Source: Spirochaetia bacterium (GTDB lineage Bacteria > Spirochaetota > Spirochaetia > SP-2023). From it: 64,000 nucleotides of DNA. Position numbers and translations under genes: made by a program. Numbering within the stretch: the first letter of the stretch is position 1; each line of letters begins with the position of its first letter. The notes under the pieces are model-generated. The model saw nothing but the letters and a program-made list of their open reading frames with translations, searched no databases and had not been told where the DNA came from. The DNA is taken from positions 2,208,001-2,272,000 of the forward strand of contig OZ253665.1 in NCBI GenBank assembly GCA_965263295.1. Reading direction: 5' to 3'. This document shows positions 1 through 8,500 of the stretch, one piece after another.

Positions 1-1
1 G

Positions 2-619
2 GCGCCGGCGGGCCTGCGCAACAACATCTCTCTAGAGATGATCAATGCGTTTGAAGGTCTGCTCCAACCGCGCTTTCAGCATTATTTTCGCGACAGCTTA
101 GCCTATTATATTCAGCTGCAGTTTGGCACCCATCTAGCTTCGGGCCTGAATTTTACTGAAGAATATCAGGGCCTGTCCTACAAGCGCTTGCAATTAGGAT
201 TTGAACTGGGGCTGATCAGTTTGTTGTATGCCCGTAACTCTAAAGTTACCAAGGATATCCGGCGTTGGGGTTCGGGCCTGATTGCGGGGTTTGGCTTTCG
301 TTCCATGCTCAGTAACCTCAGTGGCAGTGTGGAAGAAACTATTTTTGGCCTGGGTTTAATTACAGAACTGGGTTGGCAGCTACAGTCACGCAATTTCTCG
401 GTTACTATGTATTTGGAACTGCGCATTATGTTGCAAGTCGGCCTGCGGGATTCGGGGGCATTGGCCCGCGATATGCCTATCATCCTCGATCGCGGGCCGC
501 TCAGTCGGGCTTTACCCAGTATCCCGCTGGTCAACGATAGCCTTGCCAGCCCCTTCGGGCCCAATGTTTTTTATTGTCTTAGCCAGACTTTAAACGTCCG
601 TGTCAGTTACTACTTCTGA
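2..619 (+). CDS. Hypothetical outer-membrane beta-barrel-like protein, probably 5'-truncated by the window edge
   Basis: Frame is open from position 2 through ATG 38 to the stop at 619. Alternating hydrophobic pattern, C-terminus LNVRVSYYF ending in Phe. Confidence 0.55.
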   Translation, partial: APAGLRNNISLEMINAFEGLLQPRFQHYFRDSLAYYIQLQFGTHLASGLNFTEEYQGLSYKRLQLGFELGLISLLYARNSKVTKDIRRWGSGLIAGFGFRSMLSNLSGSVEETIFGLGLITELGWQLQSRNFSVTMYLELRIMLQVGLRDSGALARDMPIILDRGPLSRALPSIPLVNDSLASPFGPNVFYCLSQTLNVRVSYYF

Positions 620-1287
620 GCTGCCGGCGATTCCAGAATATCCTGGGGCCTTGAAACAATGTGGGTGGCCCCGCTAGCTCGTAGCTCTTGTTCGCTACCA
701 AAGCCGTAGGTCACGCCAATACGGACAGTAAAGCCCAGCTCTCTTCCCGCGCTCATGTCGTAACAGCGGTCGCCGATCATGGCGCTCTGCTCTGGGACAC
801 AATCGTATTTATGGCAAAGCTCCTGCAGTAAGTCACTCTTTTCGTGGGGGGATTCATCCATGTGGGCTCCAATCAAGTCCGTGAGCAATGAATCATAATT
901 CAAATATTGCATGATCTTGCGGGCAATTGGCTGCGGTTTTGAAGTGCAAACAAACAGGGTCTTATTCCGTAGCTTCAGTTTTTGCAAAAGCTCTTCAATG
1001 CCGTCGTAGAGGATAAAATCTTTATAATAAATATTTTGGTAAGCCTGCTGAAAGGTGGCGATATAGTTTTGGATTGCGCTTGGCTCCTCGCTGCCGATCA
1101 GGCGGGGAACACTCAGGCCGAGCGGAGGCCCGATGGTCCAGCCGATGCCCTCTTCTGCTAGAATCCTCAGGCCATCCATGTAACGCAATTGCTCCAAACA
1201 GTGCGTGTGGGCACTGAGCAGGCCGGGCTCCGAATTGATGATCGTGCCATCAAGGTCAAAAAAGTAATTCTGTAGGGAATTAAACAT
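610..1287 (-). CDS. HAD-family hydrolase (phosphoglycolate phosphatase/5'-nucleotidase-like)
   Basis: Motif I FDLDGT, motif II CTSK, motif IV MIGDRCYD. Confidence 0.9.
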   Translation of the reverse strand: MFNSLQNYFFDLDGTIINSEPGLLSAHTHCLEQLRYMDGLRILAEEGIGWTIGPPLGLSVPRLIGSEEPSAIQNYIATFQQAYQNIYYKDFILYDGIEELLQKLKLRNKTLFVCTSKPQPIARKIMQYLNYDSLLTDLIGAHMDESPHEKSDLLQELCHKYDCVPEQSAMIGDRCYDMSAGRELGFTVRIGVTYGFGSEQELRASGATHIVSRPQDILESPAAQK

Positions 1288-1486
1288 GGGTCCTCCCAGA
1301 CTTCAAATGGCCCAGATTGCGAGGCAAGACTCCAAGTAGAACGGGTTGGAACTCAACCAGGAAAGATCGTTGAACCGTTACTTGAAAATTTATTGGTGGG
1401 TATTCGGTTTTAGAGTTGCCTTGGCGTGAATTCTATAGGTGCTGCTGTCCTTGTACAAGTACTTTGGAATAGTCGGGGCATTTTGC

Positions 1487-1516
1487 TTTGACCTAAGTGG
1501 TCAAAACAGTCATAAT
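1487..1516 (+). promoter_or_regulatory. Sigma70-type promoter for fabF with an inverted repeat overlapping the -35 element
   Basis: TTGACC (1488-1493), 17-bp spacer, CATAAT (1511-1516). Palindrome TTTGACC-TAAGT-GGTCAAA at 1487-1505. Confidence 0.55.
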
Positions 1517-1614
1517 ATGCGGCTGTTTGCATCCTGTAGCTTAGTGTCAGCCTGATACGTGCCGCCTGACCGAGGGTGCGTACCGTAAATATTGTAGCTT
1601 AAAAAGGTGAACTT

Positions 1615-2877
1615 ATGACTGATAGAAGGGTCGTTGTTACTGGCATTGGTACCATCAATCCGCTGGGCAATGATGTGCCCAGTTTCTGGGCCAACCTGGC
1701 CGAGGGAGAGAGTGGTATTGTCGACTTGCGTCCTATCTATCCGATATTGAGTGACTACAGCGTCAAGATCGGCGGTTATTTTGCCTTGCCAGACGATGCC
1801 CGCAACTATTTTGGGCGTTACGGCAAATGGCTCAAACGCTTAGATGAATTCACTGTGTACATGCAAATCGCTGGGGCCCAGGCCATGAGTGATTCGGGCC
1901 TGGATATGAGCTGCGAAGACCCTTTCCGCGTCGGCTCTCTATTGGGAACGGGCGAGGGCGGTTTGAACAGTCACGAGCGCAACCAAAGCTATCTGCAAAA
2001 GCATGGTATGAGTGCCCTGTCGCCTCTGTATGTGCTCAATGCGATACCGAATACGGCGACCGGCTTTTTTGCTCAGAGCTATGGCCTTTGCGGCCCGAAT
2101 TTTGCCCCTGTATCGGCGTGTGCTACTTCTAATCACAGCATTGGCCTGTCTTGCATGATGATTGAGTCGGGCATGGCGGATGTGATGTTTGCCGGAGGCT
2201 CTGAGTCGAGTTTGAACCCTTCCGGCATAGGTGCCTTTGGTAACTTGGGCGCCCTTTCCACCCAGTTCAACGAGGAACCTCGCCGGGCTAGCCGCCCCTT
2301 CGATATACAGCGCAGCGGCTTTGTCATGAGTAATGGTTCCGCCGTCCTTTGCCTTGAAGAGCTGAACCATGCCAAGAAACGCTGTGCCAAAATCTATGCA
2401 GAGGTTTCGGGATATTGTTTCTCTGCCGATGCCCACGATTTAGTGGCGCCTCACCCCGAGGGCACCAGTACTTCCCATGCGATGAAAAAGGCTTTGGAGA
2501 AGGCGCGTCTGAACCCGGCAGACATTAGTCTGATCAATGCTCACGGCACTTCTACAGCCTTGGGCGACAAGGTCGAGGAAATTGCAATTTACAAAGCATT
2601 GGGCTCGGCGGCGTCAAGCGTTGCAGTGCACAGCACCAAATCGATGACAGGCCATACCATAGGGGCTTCCGGTGCGATTGAGGCCATCGCTGCCCTATTG
2701 GCCCTTGAAAAGGGAATTATTCATCCGAGCATAAACTGCGATGAGCAGGACCCGGATATACGCCTTAATGTCATTACAGAGGCACGGGAGGATATTCCGG
2801 TGGAACATGTGATGTCCAATAACTTTGGCTTTGGTGGCCAGAACGCAGTGGTCATCTTGTCGCGTTTTAGCGCTTAG
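1615..2877 (+). CDS. fabF: Beta-ketoacyl-ACP synthase II
   Basis: RRVVVTGIG N-terminus, SACAT catalytic Cys, NAHGTST, KSMTGH, SNNFGFGGQN. Confidence 0.95.
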   Translation: MTDRRVVVTGIGTINPLGNDVPSFWANLAEGESGIVDLRPIYPILSDYSVKIGGYFALPDDARNYFGRYGKWLKRLDEFTVYMQIAGAQAMSDSGLDMSCEDPFRVGSLLGTGEGGLNSHERNQSYLQKHGMSALSPLYVLNAIPNTATGFFAQSYGLCGPNFAPVSACATSNHSIGLSCMMIESGMADVMFAGGSESSLNPSGIGAFGNLGALSTQFNEEPRRASRPFDIQRSGFVMSNGSAVLCLEELNHAKKRCAKIYAEVSGYCFSADAHDLVAPHPEGTSTSHAMKKALEKARLNPADISLINAHGTSTALGDKVEEIAIYKALGSAASSVAVHSTKSMTGHTIGASGAIEAIAALLALEKGIIHPSINCDEQDPDIRLNVITEAREDIPVEHVMSNNFGFGGQNAVVILSRFSA

Positions 2878-3341
2878 TATCAAGCTGTTTGGGCGAAAAC
2901 TGCCGCCATAGCTCCCTCGTCACAGGGCCGGAACTTGCCAATGTCATGGCCTCAAAGTGGTCAGTGAATTTCACAGTGTCATTGGGGCAGCCGCAGTTTA
3001 CGCTTAACTTAAGTAATTTTGTGTGTTATTTGCGTTACGCTAGTCCTTCGCTTTGAGATATCTGGTCGTTGGGGTATTATGGGAACTCTTGGGACCGGTC
3101 TGCCGCAGACCCGCCACAGGTGGGGCTGCCGGCAGGCTGTAGCTGTACGAGCGCAATCGGGGTGGCGTGTTTTTGAGTATTTTGATTGTCAATGTGAAGA
3201 GTATAAGCTTGTGCAGGTTTTTGACAAAGGTGGAACGGCTTTTGTGTGGAAGGGCAGGCCCTGCGGTGGAGCAATTTATGCCTGCTGGGCTCGAGCTTTT
3301 GGGCTCGGCCGATTACCGGTATAAAAAACAGGGGGAATTAT

Positions 3342-4307
3342 ATGAAAAATGATCTAGAATATTCCAGTGCGGGTCTGGCCTTTAAGTTCTGGCCGCCGGC
3401 CTCTTCTCTGGCAATAAAATCAATGCATTCATTGCCTATTGTTGTGTTACACGGTTTGCTGGGATCACACAAGAATTTTGGCCGTTTTGCCCAGTCTTTT
3501 TCGGCTGCGGGCCATCCAGTATTGTGTTTTGACTGCCGCAATCACGGCGCTTCATTCCATTCGGACGATTTTGACTATCCTTTGATGGCCGCAGACCTCG
3601 ACGGCCTGCTGAGCGACCTAGAACGACAACGTTACGGAGGTTTGAGCTGGCGCAGGGTTGTCGTTTTGGGACATAGCATGGGGGGGCGTACCGCCATGAT
3701 GCATGCTTTGTTATACCCTGGGCGAGTGGCTGCCCTGATTTCGGTAGATGTTGTGCCGTCTTTGGAAAATCCAGATATCGGGATCGCTCAAGTTGTGGAG
3801 GCGATGTATCGTATTGAACCACAGCTGGCGAGCTTGGGCCAGCGCAAGGAGGCGGAAGCCTTGCTGCGTCGCGAACTGAAGGCGCGCGGTTCGGACTCGG
3901 AGGCGACTTTACAGTTCCTGTTGTTGTGTAACTTGCAAAGCACGGGGCAACAGGGTGTGAAAGATTACTCTGGTTACCGCTGGGCTTGCAATGCCAACTC
4001 GCTGCGAAAGCACCTGCAGCAAGTTGTCTGTTGGCCCGCAGACTGGCTTGAGCAATACTGGCATAAACAAAACCCGCAAACGGCCGCGGCCGTCCCCGTC
4101 AATCTGCGGCTGCCCCTGTTATTGATAGCCGGAGGACGTTCTCCATATGTGCAGACTGAGGGCTGGGAGCTGCTGTTGCGATATTTCCCCCATTCGAAGG
4201 CGGCCCCCACCGTTCAGAAAGTTATCGAGTCGGCTTACCACTGGCCACATACCCAGACCCCTGAAGAATTCGGGGCTCTGGTAGCCGAATTTTTACGGTC
4301 GCTGTGA
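3342..4307 (+). CDS. Alpha/beta hydrolase (YbfF/ABHD11-like esterase)
   Basis: LHGLLGS, DCRNHG, GHSMGG nucleophile elbow, AYHWPH. ATG 3342 follows a GGGGGA RBS. Confidence 0.88.
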   Translation: MKNDLEYSSAGLAFKFWPPASSLAIKSMHSLPIVVLHGLLGSHKNFGRFAQSFSAAGHPVLCFDCRNHGASFHSDDFDYPLMAADLDGLLSDLERQRYGGLSWRRVVVLGHSMGGRTAMMHALLYPGRVAALISVDVVPSLENPDIGIAQVVEAMYRIEPQLASLGQRKEAEALLRRELKARGSDSEATLQFLLLCNLQSTGQQGVKDYSGYRWACNANSLRKHLQQVVCWPADWLEQYWHKQNPQTAAAVPVNLRLPLLLIAGGRSPYVQTEGWELLLRYFPHSKAAPTVQKVIESAYHWPHTQTPEEFGALVAEFLRSL

Positions 4308-4329
4308 GTTTTCTAATGGAATTAAAATA

Positions 4330-5586
4330 TCACCGAGCCAGGGTGCGGGCTTCAAGATAAAAAGTTGCCGGCCTAGCGTTTGCTTGTGGTAGTTCGCTGG
4401 GCATCTGGTCTGGGTTTTGCTTCTCTGCTCCTGGTTTTGCAATATCATCGGCTATCGTTTTGGGGGATTGGCCAGCTGCCTTTGCCGCCGCCGTGGTGTG
4501 CTTTGGGCCGGCCAAGTCTATAACTCTGATACGGCCAAAGACGGTCAGTGCCTGGTCGGTCGGAACGCTGATCAGGTCTCCAAGCAGTACGAGAACTTGT
4601 CCTTCCAGCACGGTACCGTCGGTGTAGCCGACTAGTAGAGTAAATTGCAGTTGGCCTTTTTTATCGATGCGAATATTTGTGGGCCGACCTCGCCAACTGA
4701 CAAAGCAATTCTGGTAGAGTTGAGGATTGCTGCGCACTTCTTGAAAACTAAAGTTATTCTTCAGGTTGTAGATTTCCACTTGATTGCCCAATAGGCTTTC
4801 AATAATGCGCAACTTGGCTTTTACTTTGTCACTGGCATTGGAGTAGAAAATCTTGTTGATGTCGCGCTGCACCAAGTTGTCGTTGTAGAGATCATAATTT
4901 TTGCGGATCTGGACTGTCAATTGGGTCAATTGTTCTTCGCTAAACTCAAATAGGTGCTGCTTCTTCTCAAATGAGAAGTATTCACTGGCGTCTAAGTCGG
5001 CGAGAGAAATGTTGTCGGCCTGTTCGCGCTGCTCTCGCCAATCCTTGTAGAGTTTTTGTAGCTTTGGGGCGCCGACACTGTAACCCAGCCAGGCACCCCA
5101 GAGCAGCAACAGGAGAAAGATGAGGCGCCACAGTTTACGGCTGATGCGATAACGCAGTACGCCGGGCAGGGCGGGGAGCAGTTTCGCAAATTTAGGACTT
5201 CGAGTGAAGTTGTAGAGTTCTTCAACGTCATTAATGCGGCGGATCTGGTCCAGTCCATAACGCAAGCAGGCGCGGCGGCAGCCAGCATTCTCCAGCTTCA
5301 GCCAGATTGAGATAGCGCGGTAAGTATCGCGCTCTTTAACTGCGAAGCAGGCTTGCATCAGTTGAATTTCTTCGTGGTTAGGTTCATTTTCCAGGCCTCT
5401 TCTTAGATATAGCTGGGCATTTTCTGAATCTCCCGCAGCAAAATAAGAGCGACCAAGTAGATAAAAGTAATCGGCATTATCAATAAATAAAGATATTTTA
5501 GGCTCCAGCAGGTTGATGCAACCGGTTAGCTGTCCCCGTATCAACAGTCTTACAGCTTTGCGCAGGGTTCGGTTTGGGCTGTTCAT
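4330..5586 (-). CDS. Membrane-anchored TPR-repeat protein
   Basis: N-terminal TPR-like helices (YYLLGRSYFAAGD), one TM segment (LIFLLLLLWGAWLGY). Start overlaps the stop of the upstream gene. Confidence 0.7.
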   Translation of the reverse strand: MNSPNRTLRKAVRLLIRGQLTGCINLLEPKISLFIDNADYFYLLGRSYFAAGDSENAQLYLRRGLENEPNHEEIQLMQACFAVKERDTYRAISIWLKLENAGCRRACLRYGLDQIRRINDVEELYNFTRSPKFAKLLPALPGVLRYRISRKLWRLIFLLLLLWGAWLGYSVGAPKLQKLYKDWREQREQADNISLADLDASEYFSFEKKQHLFEFSEEQLTQLTVQIRKNYDLYNDNLVQRDINKIFYSNASDKVKAKLRIIESLLGNQVEIYNLKNNFSFQEVRSNPQLYQNCFVSWRGRPTNIRIDKKGQLQFTLLVGYTDGTVLEGQVLVLLGDLISVPTDQALTVFGRIRVIDLAGPKHTTAAAKAAGQSPKTIADDIAKPGAEKQNPDQMPSELPQANARPATFYLEARTLAR

Positions 5587-8500
5587 TTGTCGATATGATA
5601 TTTATTTTCAAGGTGAGACCAACGTTTTTCGCTATCATTAACGTCCTTCTCATCAAATTTTTTGTATTTTAGATAAGTATCCATATCTTGGATGAAATTT
5701 TTTACATCGCGGTAGGGCTCGCTGTCATTGCCGATTGAAGGTTGTTGAAGGATGCTTTTGGCTGGAACCACAGATGAATCAGAGCCCGGAGCTGTTTGCG
5801 GAGAGTGCTGAATGCCGTCGGGTGTCCTGCGGGCGAGGCCGCCGCCCTGCTGACTGAGCTTCTGACCGTAATTGGGAACTTGGGCCTGTGCTTTGCCGCC
5901 GCCTTGTAGGCTTTGGGTGCCGTCGGGTGTCCTGCGGGCGAGGCCGCCGCCCTGCTGGCTGAGCTGCTGGTCGTAACTAGGAAGCTGGGTTTGTGCTTTG
6001 CCGCCGCCTTGTAGGCTTTGGGTGCCGTCGGGTGTCCTGCGGGCGAGGCCGCCGCCCTGCTGGCTGAGCTGCTGGTCGTAACTAGGAAGCTGGGCCTGTG
6101 CTTTGCCGCCGCCTTGTAGGCTTTGGGTGCCGTCGGGTGTCCTGCGGGCGAGGCCGCCGCCCTGCTGGCTGAGCTGCTGGTCGTAACTAGGAAGCTGGGT
6201 TTGTGCTTTGCCGCCGCCTTGTAGGCTTTGGGTGCCGTCGGGTGTCCTGCGGGCGAGGCCGCCGCCCTGCTGACTGAGCTGCTGGTCGTAACTAGGAAGC
6301 TGGGTTTGTGCTTTGCCGCCGCCTTGTAGGCTTTGGGTGCCGTCGGGTGTCCTGCGGGCGAGGCCGCCGCCCTGCTGACTGAGCTTCTGACCGTAATTGG
6401 GAAGCTGGGTTTGTGCTTTGTCGCCGCCTTGTAGGCTTTGGGTGCCGTCGGGTGTCCTGCGGGCGAGGCCGCCGCCCTGCTGGCTGAGCTGCTGGTCGTA
6501 ACTAGGAAGCTGGGTTTGTGCTTTGCCGCCGCCTTGTCGGCTTTGGGTGCCGTCGGGTGTCCTGCGGGCGAGGCCGCCGCCCTGCTGACTGAGCTTCTGA
6601 CCGTAATTGGGAACTTGGGCCTGTGCTTTGCCGCCGCCTTGTCGGCTTTGGGTGCCGTCGGGTGTCCTGCGGGCGAGGCCGCCGCCCTGCTGGCTGAGCT
6701 GCTGGTCGTAACTAGGAAGCTGGGTTTGTGCTTTGCCGCCGCCTTGTAGGCTTTGGGTGCCGTCGGGTGTCCTGCGGGCGAGGCCGCCGCCCTGCTGGCT
6801 GAGCTGCTGGTCGTAACTAGGAAGCTGGGTTTGTGCTTTGCCGCCGCCTTGTAGGCTTTGGGTGCCGTCGGGTGTCCTGCGGGCGAGGCCGCCGCCCTGC
6901 TGGCTGAGCTTCTGACCGTAATTGGGAACTTGGGCCTGTGCTTTTGGTCCTTTGCCGCCGCCTTGTAGGCTTTGGGTGCCGTCGGGTGTCCTGCGGGCGA
7001 GGCCGCCGCCCTGCTGACTGAGCTTCTGACCGTAACTAGGAAGCTGGGTTTGTGCTTTGCCGCCGCCGTGTAGGCTTTGGGTGTCGTCGGGTGTCCTGCG
7101 GGCGAGGCCGCCGCCCTGCTGACTGAGCTTCTGACCGTAATTGGGAACTTGGGCTTGTGCTTTTGGTCCTTTGCCGCCGCCTTGTAGGCTTTGGGTGCCG
7201 TCGGGTGTCCTGCGGGCGAGGCCGCCGCCCTGCTGACTGAGCTTCTGACCGTAATTGGGAACTTGGGTTTGTGCTTTGCCGCCGCCTTGTAGGCTTTGGG
7301 TGCCGTCGGGTGTCCTGCGGGCGAGGCCGCCGCCCTGCTGACTGAGCTTCTGACCGTAATTGGGAACTTGGGCTTGTGCTTTTGGTCCTTTGCCGCCGCC
7401 TTGTAGGCTTTGGGTGCCGTCGGGTGTCCTGCGGGCGAGGCCGCCGCCCTGCTGACTGAGCTTCTGACCGTAATTGGGAACTTGGGCTTGTGCTTTTGGG
7501 CCTTTGCCGCCGCCGTGTAGGCTTTGGGTGCCGTCGGGTGTCCTGCGGGCGAGGCCGCCGCCCTGCTGACTGAGCTTCTGACCGTAATTGGGAACTTGGG
7601 CTTGTGCTTTGGGGCCTTTGCCGCTGCCTTGTAGGCTTTGGGTGCCGTCGGGGGTTCTGCGGGCGAGGCCACCGCCCTGCTGACTGAGCTTCTGACCGTA
7701 ATTGGGAACTTGGGCTTGTGCTTTTGGGCCTTTGCCGCCGCCGTGTAGGCTTTGGGTGCCGTCGGGTGTCCTGCGGGCGAGGCCGCCGCCCTGCTGGCTG
7801 AGTTTCTGACCGTAATTGGGAACTTGGGCCTGTGCTTTTGGTCCTTTGCCGCCGCCTTGTAGGCTTTGGGTGCCGTCGGGTGTCCTGCGGGCGAGGCCGC
7901 CGCCCTGCTGACTGAGTTTCTGACCGTAATTGGGGATTGGGGTTTGTACCTGGCTACTACGGTCACCGTAGCCCAAATCGGTCGAGGCATGAGGTTGAGG
8001 TTTTTGGATACTCGTTTGGTTGGGCTCTATGCCATAATATGAGGAGGGGATCTCGCTGCTCTCTAGATCAGTGCGGTAACTTTCTACATAACTTTTTCTT
8101 TCTACTGGGGCGATAGTTTGAGGGCGGGTAAACTGTCCGGTGTAATTTCCATCAACGGTGGGATTACGGCCCACGGTTGTACTGCCGTCGGGCATCACAG
8201 GGTTGCCTTTCGGCACGATAGGTTCTTTGCTGGCAGCTTGGGGCGCATAATTTCCATAGGGAGAAGGGCTGGGACTTAGCGCCGAACTAGAGGGCTGATT
8301 TGAATTTTCATTGCGCTTGTATTCAGGCAAGGGGGGACTGCTTTTTTCGGGAAAGCCTTTCAAAGCATTGTAGAGTTCGTTTTCGTTGATTTGAGGACGA
8401 ACGGTATCCGACATTTTATTGCGGGGCTTGCGATTTCTGCTTGTGGAGGGATAGGGGTTTACCAGCTGTACCAGTTGGGCCGAAGCATAGTAATCGTTTT

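Noticed and set aside
2878..3341. Short ORFs or ncRNA between fabF and the esterase
   Set aside because: No RBS, motif or recognisable RNA structure to support a call.
5815..7938. Possible CRISPR array
   Set aside because: No unique spacers, units are multiples of 3 within a CDS, and no cas genes are present.
5702..7990. 762-aa alternative-frame ORF rich in Ala/Lys/Pro, superficially histone H1-like
   Set aside because: It spans only the repeat array, where one stop-free unit keeps the whole frame open, and its ATG has no RBS. Most likely a by-product, although a frameshift would express it.
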